From: Bulleidia sp.
Lineage (GTDB): Bacteria > Bacteroidota > Bacteroidia > Bacteroidales > Bacteroidaceae
NCBI GenBank assembly: GCA_963659135.1
Contig: CAVKSZ010000005.1
Location: forward strand, 1,565 to 65,564
Direction of reading: 5' to 3'
Length of the DNA: 64,000 nt
Part shown: positions 19,607-29,624 of the stretch, piece after piece
How positions within the stretch are numbered: the first letter of the stretch is position 1
How the letters are laid out: each line of letters begins with the position of its first letter
Notes under the pieces: generated by a model
Seen by the model: the letters and a program-made list of their open reading frames with translations, nothing else
Databases searched by the model: none
Told to the model about the DNA's origin: nothing
Program-made: the position numbers and the translations under genes

Positions 19607-19829
19607 CAAGCCGAGCGAAATACAAAATAATTTATTTAATTATTTTTATTTCCAAGGCGCAGCCTAACTTCACGGCGTAGCCGTAAATATCAAGCCGAGC
19701 GAAATACAAAATAATTTATTTAATTATTTTTATTTCCAAGGCGCAGCCTAACTTCACGGCGTAGCCGTAAATATCAAGCCGAGCGGAATACGAAATAATA
19801 ATTTATTTATATTTGTAATTTTTTATTCC
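19607..19829. repeat. 84-bp tandem direct repeat: two identical copies plus a diverged partial third
   Basis: Units start at 19607, 19691 and 19775 (caagccgagcgaaatacaaaataatttatttaattatttttatttccaaggcgcagcctaacttcacggcgtagccgtaaatat). Confidence 0.95.
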
Positions 19830-19897
19830 TGGTTGATACAATCCATTGTACGTTTTTACGTAATTTTGTAATACTTATATAAAAAACGAGGATAACT

Positions 19898-20521
19898 ATG
19901 AAAGTATTACTGATAAATGGCAGTCCCCGCCGCGAGGGGAATACATATACGGCACTTGCAGAGGTGGCCCGACAGTTAGCCGCCCAGGGCGTAGAGAGCG
20001 ATATGGCATGGGTAGGCACGCGCCCCGTGCGCGGATGTATAGCCTGTGGCAAGTGCAGGCAGAACGGTGATAACCGTTGCGTTTTCAGCGACGATGTAAC
20101 CAACGATATAATAGCCCGCATGGCCGATTGTGATGCCCTAATTATAGGTTCGCCCGTATATTGGGGGCAGCCATCGGGCCAGTTGCTCTGCCTACAGCAG
20201 CGTATGCTCTATGCCGGAGGTGCTATGTTTAGAGAAAAACCAGCTGCCGCCGTGGCCTGTTGTCGCCGTGGAGGCGCTACGGCAGCCTATCAGGCTATGC
20301 TCATGCCTTTTCAGATGTGCAATATGCCCATTGTAACATCGCAGTACTGGAACTTGGCTTACGGATGTGCCCCGGGCGAAGCTGCCCAAGATACCGAGGG
20401 TATGCAAACCATGCGTACCTTGGCCAACAATATGGCTTGGATGCTTAAGAAGATACACGGCATACCCACTACAGATACCCCCGAGCGCGAAGCCCCACAG
20501 CCCATGAACTTTATTAGGTAA
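19898..20521 (+). CDS. Flavodoxin family / iron-sulfur flavoprotein (NADPH-dependent FMN reductase family)
   Basis: INGSPRREGNT, CIACGKC..C, GSPVYW and RRGG motifs. Confidence 0.9.
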   Translation: MKVLLINGSPRREGNTYTALAEVARQLAAQGVESDMAWVGTRPVRGCIACGKCRQNGDNRCVFSDDVTNDIIARMADCDALIIGSPVYWGQPSGQLLCLQQRMLYAGGAMFREKPAAAVACCRRGGATAAYQAMLMPFQMCNMPIVTSQYWNLAYGCAPGEAAQDTEGMQTMRTLANNMAWMLKKIHGIPTTDTPEREAPQPMNFIR

Positions 20522-20557
20522 GTATAACCCTACCCAGAGCCGTCTTTACCCACACAC

Positions 20558-21907
20558 ATGAAGAGATACAGAATAAGAAAAGAATACCGCACCCGTGTAA
20601 GATTTACCTGTTGCGGTTGCCTTACCGTGATAGTTGTTATAGTAGCCGCCATATGCCGATGCTCGTGCTCGTGTAGTCATAGCAAGCAGCCGGCCGATAC
20701 TACCACCGTTACGGGATACAAACTTAACGAGCATCTTACCAATGCCACAGCCGGTGGTCCCGAGTTTGCCGAGATGGACTCGCTTATAGCCCGATACCTG
20801 CGCCGGTGGGAAATTAATGGTGCCCAGCTGGCTATATCGCGCAACGACTCGCTACTCTACGCCCACGGATTTGGCAAGGCCGACGAGGGTGTTCCCATGC
20901 AGCCCAACCATATTATGCGTATAGCCTCGGTATCTAAGCTGGTTACCGCCGTGGGCATAATGAAGCTGCGCGATATGGGCCGACTGCGCCTTAGCGACCG
21001 CGTGTTTGGTCCCGGAGGCATACTCTCTGATACGGCTTATACCAATGTAATCAAAGACAAACGCTACTTTGATATTACCGTAGAGCAACTGCTGCGCCAC
21101 AAGGCCGGATTTACCAATTCTGCCGGCGACCCTATGTTCTCTACCCGTTATATCATGATGCAGAACCATCTTACTACTCCTCCCGACCACCGCACACTGC
21201 TGCGCATAGTGCTTCGACGCCGTCTGGGCTATACACCGGGCACTGCCCGCTACTACAGTAACCTGGGCTACATGCTGCTTTCTGAGATAATAGCCCGAAG
21301 ATCAGGCATGAACTACGAGCAGTTTATGCGCCGCCATGTATTAGAACCTGCCGGATGTTACGACTTTCATATTGCGGGCAACTACTATAAAGACCGCCGT
21401 CCTAACGAGTGCCGTTATTACATGCACCTTACCTGCCAGCCTACTTACGAGTTTAATAACAGTGGCCGAATGGTAGAGAAATGCTATGGCGAGAACGATA
21501 TTCCACGGCTCGAGGGTGCCGGCGCATGGAGCGCATCGGCTGCCGAACTGTGCCGGCTTATCGCTTCGATAGACGGATGCCCCGTGGTGCCCGACGTGAT
21601 AAGCCGCCAGGCCGTAGATGATATGACGCGCGAAATGCCCGACCACGATTTCTCACTGGGGTGGAACTATACGCCCGCCCGAGGTCCGTGGGTGCGCACC
21701 GGGTCGCTCGTAGGAACCAGCGCACTGGTATTGCGCTATGCCAACGGCGAATGTTGGGTATTTATCACCAATACCAGTACCTGGAAAGGGCATGCCTTCT
21801 CTCACGATACCATGGCTCTCTTTGCCCGCCTAAGGCAGAAATACGGACAAAAGTTCCCCCATCGCAATCTGTTTGAAGACAATTTGCATACCCCTACCAC
21901 AGAATAA
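20558..21907 (+). CDS. Serine hydrolase, beta-lactamase class C-like family, membrane-anchored
   Basis: RIASVSK (SxxK), ITVEQLLRHKAG, YYSN, RTGS; N-terminal hydrophobic segment. Confidence 0.88.
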   Translation: MKRYRIRKEYRTRVRFTCCGCLTVIVVIVAAICRCSCSCSHSKQPADTTTVTGYKLNEHLTNATAGGPEFAEMDSLIARYLRRWEINGAQLAISRNDSLLYAHGFGKADEGVPMQPNHIMRIASVSKLVTAVGIMKLRDMGRLRLSDRVFGPGGILSDTAYTNVIKDKRYFDITVEQLLRHKAGFTNSAGDPMFSTRYIMMQNHLTTPPDHRTLLRIVLRRRLGYTPGTARYYSNLGYMLLSEIIARRSGMNYEQFMRRHVLEPAGCYDFHIAGNYYKDRRPNECRYYMHLTCQPTYEFNNSGRMVEKCYGENDIPRLEGAGAWSASAAELCRLIASIDGCPVVPDVISRQAVDDMTREMPDHDFSLGWNYTPARGPWVRTGSLVGTSALVLRYANGECWVFITNTSTWKGHAFSHDTMALFARLRQKYGQKFPHRNLFEDNLHTPTTE

Positions 21908-22174
21908 CCCCCAAAGAGGGTTTTAGGGTGGTTCTAATGATTAGCTTTGGCAGATTTCAGAATTATTTTAGAGAGCAAAGTGGAAGTAAGTAAAGGAACA
22001 ATGCGGGCATTGCGGCTGAACGAACTTACACTTTGGACCAAAAAGAAGCTGAAAGACGACAAAACGCTAGCTCATAATTAAGAAATAAACTTACGGTGGT
22101 AATTATTAGAAACACCCTTTAGCGAAGCAGTTAAGCAATACTTTTACAATACCACCCAATGTTTTTTTGGGGTT

Positions 22175-22256
22175 GCCCACGGCCGTAGACTTATCAGCCT
22201 GCGGCCGTGAGCCGTTATGCCTGCGGCCGTCAACCACTCTGCCCACGGCCGTAGGC
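22175..22256. repeat. 4 x 22-bp quasi-palindromic array (copy 2 of 5)
   Basis: gcccacggccgtagac-ttatca-gcctgcggccgtgagc-cgttat-gcctgcggccgtcaac-cactct-gcccacggccgtaggc. Confidence 0.92.
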
Positions 22257-22432
22257 AATCTACAAAAGCTTGTTCAGGGCAGTGGCAGATACCTTCTTGT
22301 AGGGCGGTATTTATGGCTCCAACTACTTGTTTTATACAAAAGAACCATGCGTTTATATAAAAATCAGGGCAGAACTGATAGGGTATAAAGCTTTTTTATT
22401 ATATTTGTGGACGTATACTTATATACTGCGGT

Positions 22433-23437
22433 ATGAAAGAAATACTGTTTATACGCCAGAATATAAAAGAGTGGCAGCATATAGAAGCTATGACGGGCCG
22501 ACTGGATATAGAGACCCCCGACGATATATCGGCGGCATATATCCGTGTGACATCCGACTTGGCTTTTGCTCAAACCCATTACCCCTCATCGCGTATTACG
22601 CAGTATCTTAACAATCTCTCTGCTGTTCTGCATAACGCCATCTACCGCAATAAGTGCGAGAAGCGCCGCCGTATTATTACCTTCTGGACTCAAGAAGTGC
22701 CGCTGGCTATGTACGATGCCTGTAGATTGTTGCTGCTATCGGCTATTCTGTTCTTGCTGAGTGCGCTAGTGGGCGTAGTATCGCAGATGGCTGATCCCGA
22801 CTTCTGCCGTTGTATACTGGGCGATAGTTATGTAGACCAAACCTTAGAGAATATAACTAAGGGCCGTCCCTTTGATATCTACGCATCGCAACCGGGCAGC
22901 GATATGTTTACCTCTATAACTATCAACAATGTACGTGTTTCGTTTATAGTCTACGTCAGCGGCATTTTTACCAGTCTGGCCACGGGTTGCTTGCTGTTTA
23001 GCAACGGAGTGATGATGGGGTGCTTCGAGATGTTTTTTGCCCAGCACAATCTGCTTTGGCAGAGCATACTGGCAGTGATGCTCCACGGTACATTAGAACT
23101 CTCGGCCATTGTGGTGGCTGGAGCTGCGGGGCTAGCTATGGGCAACGGTTGGCTCTTTCCGGGTACTTATAGCCGTATAGTATCGTTTAGGCGTGCCGCC
23201 AAGCGCGGACTAAAGATAGTAGTAGGCACGGTGCCGGTATTTGTTGTGGCCGGTTTTATAGAGGGTTATATTACCCGTCATACCGAAATAGCCGATGCTG
23301 TACGGTTGGGCTTTATCTTACTGTCGGCCATCTTTGTGGTAGGCTATTACATAATTTATCCTTACCATTTACATAAGAAACAAAATAGAAACAATAAAAC
23401 TTATGATTATGAAAACACTTCAGCGCCAGCGTATTGA
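22433..23437 (+). CDS. Stage II sporulation protein M (SpoIIM/DUF95) family membrane protein
   Basis: DLAFAQTHYP, INNVRVSF, NGVMMG, LHGTLELSA and AGFIEGYIT motifs; -7 box TATATTTG near 22400. Confidence 0.88.
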   Translation: MKEILFIRQNIKEWQHIEAMTGRLDIETPDDISAAYIRVTSDLAFAQTHYPSSRITQYLNNLSAVLHNAIYRNKCEKRRRIITFWTQEVPLAMYDACRLLLLSAILFLLSALVGVVSQMADPDFCRCILGDSYVDQTLENITKGRPFDIYASQPGSDMFTSITINNVRVSFIVYVSGIFTSLATGCLLFSNGVMMGCFEMFFAQHNLLWQSILAVMLHGTLELSAIVVAGAAGLAMGNGWLFPGTYSRIVSFRRAAKRGLKIVVGTVPVFVVAGFIEGYITRHTEIADAVRLGFILLSAIFVVGYYIIYPYHLHKKQNRNNKTYDYENTSAPAY

Positions 23438-24446
23438 CCTGTATAAGAGTCGTACGTTTTCCGAAACTCTTTCGGCAGTATTCGATTTTGTAAGCGAGAA
23501 CTTCCGCCCGTTGTTCCGCATGCTTGCCGTATTTCTGTTGCCTATCTGCTTTATTGGCGGAGTATGCTATAGTGTACTGATAGACCAGACGCTAGATACA
23601 GAGGTAGTTATGGCCCGCCAGACTGATAATGCCGTCACTAGTGTGCTGCTTAACTATGGTGTGATGATAGTATTGGCGCTACTGGCTGGTGCTGTGCTGT
23701 CAGGCGTAGTATATACCCTAATGCAGCAATACTATGCCCGGCAAGAACGGTTGCAGGGCATTACCTATGCCGATATTAAGGCCACCGTGTGGAAGAATAT
23801 TGGCCGTATGCTGGCCGTATCGCTTGTTGTGGGAGTGATTATGGTGGTACTGTTAGTGCTTACAGTAACCGTGGTAAGTCTTACAGCGGCAGTATCTTCA
23901 GGCATTCTCTTGCCTGCTGTATTGGGCTTGGTGCTGGGTATAGGTCTGCTGGCTTGCGTGCTGTCGCTATTGTTGGTATTTCCAGCCCGTATCTTTGGCA
24001 GACTCTCTTTAGGCGGTTCGCTAAAGCAGGCTATGCGTTACGGATTTCGTATCAACTGGCGGCTGTTTTCTACCCTGTTTATACTCTACATAATCTGTTC
24101 GTTGGTAAGTATGGCCATGGGCATACCTTATTATATCTTGGTTATGCTTAAAGGTATTGCAGCTGTCGACGACAGTGCGCTGCAGTGGCAGTTTACCTCG
24201 GCAGCGTGGTTTGTCTTTGTAAGTTATCTTTCAAGCATAGTATTGCTCTTCGGGTCGTATCTTAGCATGTCGCTTATGTATCTGGGTGTGGCTTTCTGTT
24301 ATGGTCATGCCGCCGAGAAGATAGACGGATTGTCTATGCAGCAGTCTATCGACGATTTTGAGATGCTCTCTAACTCTCAGCCCAAGGCAGAAACCGCAGC
24401 AGATGACACCGCTGAAAGCGAGATAGACAACTTCGAAAAGCTATAA
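23403..24446 (+). CDS. Multi-pass membrane protein of the MoxR cluster
   Basis: About 6 hydrophobic helices; overlaps the upstream gene; start may be 23409. Confidence 0.8.
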   Translation: MIMKTLQRQRIDLYKSRTFSETLSAVFDFVSENFRPLFRMLAVFLLPICFIGGVCYSVLIDQTLDTEVVMARQTDNAVTSVLLNYGVMIVLALLAGAVLSGVVYTLMQQYYARQERLQGITYADIKATVWKNIGRMLAVSLVVGVIMVVLLVLTVTVVSLTAAVSSGILLPAVLGLVLGIGLLACVLSLLLVFPARIFGRLSLGGSLKQAMRYGFRINWRLFSTLFILYIICSLVSMAMGIPYYILVMLKGIAAVDDSALQWQFTSAAWFVFVSYLSSIVLLFGSYLSMSLMYLGVAFCYGHAAEKIDGLSMQQSIDDFEMLSNSQPKAETAADDTAESEIDNFEKL

Positions 24447-24470
24447 CTGCAGCTCTTTACCCACAGCATT

Positions 24471-25103
24471 ATGGCAATTCTCCCTACCGATACGCTTGCA
24501 GTAGATACCGCAGCTATGGCCAACTGGCGTAGCGACGGTAGATACGACTACAGCAGAGAACTGCTGCAAGGCGACTTTTCGCTATGGGAGTGGCTGCAGT
24601 ATCAGCTTAACTACTGGATTCAGAATCTGTTTGGATGGGCAGAACCCTCAGAGAGCAATAAGTGGCTATGGCTACTTGGGGCTATTGTCATAGTCGTAGG
24701 TATAGCCTATGTTATTGTTATTCGTAGACCGTCGCTCTTTGGGCGTAGAGCCGATAAATTGCCTATAGACTACCGCGTAATAGAAGATAATATATACGGC
24801 ATAGACTTTGATGCGCTTATAGCCCGAGCCCTTAGCAGGAATGATTATGGTGGAGCCGTGCGGCTGGTGTATCTGCAAACACTGCGGCAGCTTAACGATG
24901 CGGGGCGCATCAAGTGGCGTAAGTCAAAGGCTCCTATGCAGTATGCGGGCGAAGAGGGTAGCAGCGATATGCGCCAGTTGGTAATGCTCTTTCTATATGT
25001 TCGTTATGGAGGCATGGCGTGCCATAGACAGCAGGTAGACCAAGCCTTGGTTTGCCAGCAGGCTATTTTGAGTAATACCCATACAGAAGGGGGGCAGGCA
25101 TGA
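24471..25103 (+). CDS. DUF4129 domain-containing protein
   Basis: One TM helix followed by AVRLVYLQTLRQL...IKWRKSK...YVRYGG. Confidence 0.78.
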   Translation: MAILPTDTLAVDTAAMANWRSDGRYDYSRELLQGDFSLWEWLQYQLNYWIQNLFGWAEPSESNKWLWLLGAIVIVVGIAYVIVIRRPSLFGRRADKLPIDYRVIEDNIYGIDFDALIARALSRNDYGGAVRLVYLQTLRQLNDAGRIKWRKSKAPMQYAGEEGSSDMRQLVMLFLYVRYGGMACHRQQVDQALVCQQAILSNTHTEGGQA

Positions 25104-26443
25104 GCAACAGATTGCGATACATACTATCGATTATAGTGCTTGTCGTAGCAATGTTGGGGCTACAACTGGTTAAACCCTCGCACTTCGACTGGACGCCCAC
25201 CTTTGGCCACGAAGACAGCAACCCGTTTGGGTGTATGGTTTTCGATAGTGTAATGGCGCAGACTATGCCCCAAGGGTATCACGCTTCGGGAGCAACGCTT
25301 CGACAAACTGTGCAAGATACTGTCAGGAACAATGTGCTGATAGTATCGCGCGAAGGCACGCTAACCCAGGCCAATGTAAACGATATTCAGAAGTTGCTAT
25401 CGCGTGGCGTAACCGTTATGCTGGTAGGCTTCGATTTCTTTAACGACTCTCCTGCCACCAAGGCATTCTCTATTAGGTCTACCAGTTATGCCCGTTTCTA
25501 TTATAAAGGTATAGCCCGGCAATTAGCTGAAGGTGATAATGCCGTTTACGATACCCTATATTATCATGCCAGTGGCTATTCGCCTAAGCAAAAGATAAAA
25601 CAGGCGGTGCCAGCGTGTATAGACTATAAATCAAACCATTATCGTATATACACACAGTTGCTGCGGGGACGAGTAGAAGTAGACGATACTTTTTTCTTGA
25701 ACAAGAATAACCTATACACCATAGGCTATACCAAACACTATGATTACGATAATCCCAAAGAGTATGATAAATGCTATCATGCCATGATGCTTACTGTGGG
25801 CAAAGGCCGTCTGGTTGTGGTTTCGTCGCCACTGTTATTTACTAACTTTAGTATCCTGGACCAGCATACGCACCCCTATGTAATGCGGTTGATGAACACC
25901 CTTGCCGACAGGCATGTGGTAAGGCTCGACGAGACTCTGGCGGCGGGTGCCGTAACAGGCGATGCAGCCGATAAGCATAATGCCTCGCCGCTATCGTATA
26001 TCCTGTCGCAGCCACCGCTACGCTGGGCTTATTATATGCTTCTTGTGGGTATAGTGTTGCTATTCGTTTTCGGCACAAAGCGTAGGCAGCGCGTTATCCC
26101 GGTTATCCACGGAAAGAAGAACCATGACCTGGAGTTTGTAAAACTTATAGGTAAACTCTATTACGAGCGTCACGATAATGCCGACTTGGTACTAAAAAAA
26201 TATAATATGATGGTTCAACAAGTGCGTACATCGATAGATGTAGACCTAACTGACCGCCGCACTCGGACAGACAATATCCACACGCTCAGTATGACCATCA
26301 ATATCAAACCCGCGGTTATTTCAGCTTTGCTTAGCGAAGTAGAAGATATACACAACCACCAACTCAAAGTGAGCGATACAGATATGATAAGACTGGTAGA
26401 TCAAATAGATGCCATTCTGAAGAATATAATCAAAGCCAATTAG
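25100..26443 (+). CDS. DUF4350-like membrane-anchored protein
   Basis: W.PTF...D.NPFG, GKGRLVVVSSPLLFTNF, KRRQRVIPVI and LEFVKLIGKLYY motifs. Confidence 0.78.
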   Translation: MSNRLRYILSIIVLVVAMLGLQLVKPSHFDWTPTFGHEDSNPFGCMVFDSVMAQTMPQGYHASGATLRQTVQDTVRNNVLIVSREGTLTQANVNDIQKLLSRGVTVMLVGFDFFNDSPATKAFSIRSTSYARFYYKGIARQLAEGDNAVYDTLYYHASGYSPKQKIKQAVPACIDYKSNHYRIYTQLLRGRVEVDDTFFLNKNNLYTIGYTKHYDYDNPKEYDKCYHAMMLTVGKGRLVVVSSPLLFTNFSILDQHTHPYVMRLMNTLADRHVVRLDETLAAGAVTGDAADKHNASPLSYILSQPPLRWAYYMLLVGIVLLFVFGTKRRQRVIPVIHGKKNHDLEFVKLIGKLYYERHDNADLVLKKYNMMVQQVRTSIDVDLTDRRTRTDNIHTLSMTINIKPAVISALLSEVEDIHNHQLKVSDTDMIRLVDQIDAILKNIIKAN

Positions 26444-26470
26444 TAGAACCACCCAAAAATATAGATAATT

Positions 26471-27436
26471 ATGGAAGAAATATCAACCACCGCTACACCC
26501 TGTGCAGATAAAATAAGACAGCTACGGCAAAGCATTGCCAGCGTAATAGTGGGACAGACTCGCGCCACCGACCTTCTGCTAACCAGCGTGATAGCCCGTG
26601 GGCACGTACTGTTAGAAGGTGTGCCCGGCGTGGCAAAAACTCTGCTGGCCCGAGTTATGGCGCAGCTGGTAGACGCTCGCTTCTCGCGCGTGCAGTTTAC
26701 CCCCGACCTAATGCCGAGCGATGTGCAGGGAACCACCGTGTACAATATGAAGACGGGATTGTTCGACTTTCATCCCGGACCGGTGTTTGCCGATATAGTA
26801 TTGGCCGACGAGATTAACCGGGCACCCGCCAAAACGCAGGCGGCACTCTTCGAGGTTATGGAAGAACGCCAGGTAACCATTGACGGGCATACTCACACAA
26901 TGGGCGATGTGTTTACCGTTATAGCTACGCAGAATCCAGTAGAGCAAGAAGGTACATACAAGTTGCCCGAGGCACAGTTAGACCGCTTCTTGATGAAAAT
27001 AACAATGGATTATCCATCTACCGATGAAGAGGTAGAGATACTTAACCGTCACCAAAGGGCAGATGCATTCAGTAGAGCCACCCACCTTACCCCCGTTCTT
27101 ACTCTTGCCGATGTGGCTATGCTTCGTAGTGCTGCTCAGGAGATTCGTATCGACCAGTCGCTGGTGCGCTATATAGCCAGTATAACAGCCGTAACCCGGC
27201 AGAGTAAGGCTGTGTATCTGGGCGCTTCGCCCCGTGCTGCCGTGGCTATCATGACCTCGGCAAAAGCCTATGCCTTGTTGCAAGAACGTAACTTTGTAAT
27301 CCCCGACGATATCAAAGAAGTTGCGCCCTATGTAATGCACCATAGGCTGATACTTACTGCCGAAGCCGAGATGCAAGGCTATACACCTCTGCAGGTAGCT
27401 CAACGGTTGATAGATAAAGTAGAAATACCCCAATAA
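26471..27436 (+). CDS. moxR: MoxR family AAA+ ATPase
   Basis: LLEGVPGVAKT, RVQFTPDLMPSD, LADEINRAPAKTQAALFEVM and ATQNPVEQEGTYKLPEAQLDRF motifs. Confidence 0.95.
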   Translation: MEEISTTATPCADKIRQLRQSIASVIVGQTRATDLLLTSVIARGHVLLEGVPGVAKTLLARVMAQLVDARFSRVQFTPDLMPSDVQGTTVYNMKTGLFDFHPGPVFADIVLADEINRAPAKTQAALFEVMEERQVTIDGHTHTMGDVFTVIATQNPVEQEGTYKLPEAQLDRFLMKITMDYPSTDEEVEILNRHQRADAFSRATHLTPVLTLADVAMLRSAAQEIRIDQSLVRYIASITAVTRQSKAVYLGASPRAAVAIMTSAKAYALLQERNFVIPDDIKEVAPYVMHHRLILTAEAEMQGYTPLQVAQRLIDKVEIPQ

Positions 27437-27448
27437 CCCCATCGGCGT

Positions 27449-28756
27449 ATGTATCTTACCTCACGGTTCTATATAGCATTTTGTATAGTGGTTGTGGTGG
27501 CCGCTATGGGCTATGTTTGGGCTCCCCTGTATACGTTGGGTAGGGTACTTACCGCCGTGCTGTTTACTCTGACTATAGTTGAGGCTATTGTCTTATGGTT
27601 GCGAAAAGGTATTAGCGCCGCGCGCACATGTCCGGAGCGATTCTCCAATGGTGATGACAACGAGGTGGATATCCATGTGCAGAGTATGTATCCCTTTAGC
27701 GTTAGGTTGACTATTGTAGATGAGATACCTTTTATCTTCCAACGTCGCGATGTAGCTTTCAGTTTAAAGGTTGCGCCCCGTGGCGGTGCAACACTAACCT
27801 ACAAACTGCGGCCTGTAGAACGGGGAGTATACGGTTTTGGACTTGTACGCATATTTGCCTCCACTGTATTGTGTTTGGTTCAGCGCCGATATAGTTGCGC
27901 AACTCCAGTAGATATAAAGGTATACCCCTCTTACCGACAACTGCGGCAATACGAGTTGCTAGCTATAAGCAACCGTCTGCGAGATATGGGCGTGAAGCGA
28001 ATACGTAGGGCGGGTAACAATACAGAGTTTGAGCAGATAAAGGATTATGTGGCTGGCGATGATATGCGTACCGTTAACTGGAAAGCATCGGCTCGCCGAC
28101 ACCAACTCATGGTTAATGTTTATCAAGCAGAGCGTTCGCAACAGATAGTGAACCTTATAGACAAGGGGCGAGTAATGCAGCGATCGTTCAGGGGTATGAC
28201 GCTGTTAGACTATGCCATCAATGCCTCGCTGGTGCTATCGTATGTGGCCATACACCGCCAGGATAAAGCCGGAGTGATTAGCTTTAACGAGCGCATGGAT
28301 ACGCTTGTGTCCCCATCTAACCGCCCGGCTCAGATGGAGCGTATCATGGAGAATCTGTATGCCACAACTACCGAATTCGCAGAAACCGATTATTCGGCAT
28401 TGGTAGAGGCTATGGAACTGCGATTGGCCAAACGCTCGCTGCTGGTGCTCTATACCAATTTTAACGATGTGCAGAGCCTTGACCGGCAGTTGCCCTATCT
28501 GCTCCAACTTGCCCGTAGGCACCGTCTGCTGGTAGTATATTTTGAGAATAACGACTTGCACAGTCTGGTTGAGACAAAGCCCCGCGATGTAGAAGAACAC
28601 TATGTACATGTGGTTGCCCAGCAGATGGAGGCCGAGCAACAACTTATCGCTGGAAAGTTAAACCGCCTAGGTATACTTGCCCTGCGTACCACCCCCGACC
28701 ATCTCTCGGTAGATGTAATTAATAAGTACTTGGAAATTAGGCATAACAACTGGTGA
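27449..28756 (+). CDS. DUF58 domain-containing protein (MoxR partner)
   Basis: EFEQIKDYVAGDDMRTVNWKASARR and IDKGRVM motifs. Confidence 0.92.
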   Translation: MYLTSRFYIAFCIVVVVAAMGYVWAPLYTLGRVLTAVLFTLTIVEAIVLWLRKGISAARTCPERFSNGDDNEVDIHVQSMYPFSVRLTIVDEIPFIFQRRDVAFSLKVAPRGGATLTYKLRPVERGVYGFGLVRIFASTVLCLVQRRYSCATPVDIKVYPSYRQLRQYELLAISNRLRDMGVKRIRRAGNNTEFEQIKDYVAGDDMRTVNWKASARRHQLMVNVYQAERSQQIVNLIDKGRVMQRSFRGMTLLDYAINASLVLSYVAIHRQDKAGVISFNERMDTLVSPSNRPAQMERIMENLYATTTEFAETDYSALVEAMELRLAKRSLLVLYTNFNDVQSLDRQLPYLLQLARRHRLLVVYFENNDLHSLVETKPRDVEEHYVHVVAQQMEAEQQLIAGKLNRLGILALRTTPDHLSVDVINKYLEIRHNNW

Positions 28757-28757
28757 T

Positions 28758-29501
28758 ATGAGAAATCCAGACATTATAACATCTCACTATGTAAGCATAG
28801 CCCAAACTCCTGCTGGTGTGGCAGAGAGAGTTGTTGCCCGAATGATAGACACCGTGCTCTTGGTGGTATATTTTTGGGCGCTGAGCGTGCTGATTACCTT
28901 TATTGGCGATAACAATATGTTTTCCGGGATACCAGAATTGTTGGCAGTAATAATAGCCATTCTGTTGTATTCGCCTTGTGTGTTTTATTCGCTTATATGT
29001 GAGTATTTCTTCGGCGGTCAGACCATTGGAAAGCGGATAATGCGCATACGAGTGGTTATGAGCGATGGTACATCGCCCACGTTGGGAGCAATACTACTGC
29101 GCTGGGTGTTTATGTTGGTAGACATATATTGTATGTGTATTGGTATTGTGTTTATAATCTGTACGCGCCGCCACCAGCGGTTAGGCGACTTGGCGGCAGG
29201 AACTATGGTTATACGCACGCCACGTACCGACCAGATGCATCTAACGTTTGCCGACTTTGCCTATGCCATGGACGATTATCATCCGCTCTATCCCGAAGTG
29301 CAACAGTTGTCTTTGGGACAGATAGAGGTTATCGAACGTATGCTCAACGATAAAGTAGTGTATGCCGACGAGCAGGTAGAGCGACTGGCGATGAAGATAG
29401 AACAGATGCTTGATATCAAGCGCGATGTTGCTATGGATGCCACTACTTTCTTAGAAACCCTTTATCACGATTATCAGTATTATGCTCTTCAGGTAGTATA
29501 A
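28758..29501 (+). CDS. RDD family membrane protein
   Basis: RVVARMID, GQTIGKRIMRIRVV and QRLGDLAAGT motifs. Confidence 0.92.
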   Translation: MRNPDIITSHYVSIAQTPAGVAERVVARMIDTVLLVVYFWALSVLITFIGDNNMFSGIPELLAVIIAILLYSPCVFYSLICEYFFGGQTIGKRIMRIRVVMSDGTSPTLGAILLRWVFMLVDIYCMCIGIVFIICTRRHQRLGDLAAGTMVIRTPRTDQMHLTFADFAYAMDDYHPLYPEVQQLSLGQIEVIERMLNDKVVYADEQVERLAMKIEQMLDIKRDVAMDATTFLETLYHDYQYYALQVV

Positions 29502-29563
29502 TACGATTCCTACCTTTATTTATTATATAACCGTAGGCATGATGACTTTGTTATAAAAGAAAA

Positions 29564-29601
29564 GTGTCCATACCCTCTATCATTGTAGTGGATATGGACA
29601 C
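29564..29601. terminator. Hairpin between convergent RDD and cobB genes
   Basis: gtgtccata...tatggacac inverted repeat. Confidence 0.55.
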
Positions 29602-29624
29602 CTTATTATAATTAATAGTTCTAC

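Noticed and set aside
19607..19829. 84-bp repeat as a CRISPR array
   Set aside because: Units are identical end to end with no unique spacers
20558..21907. Call as a true beta-lactamase resistance gene
   Set aside because: The SxxK/YxN fold is shared with esterases and peptidases, and RTG replaces KTG; only family-level support
22433..23437. Sporulation function
   Set aside because: SpoIIM is only the family name; Bacteroidales do not sporulate
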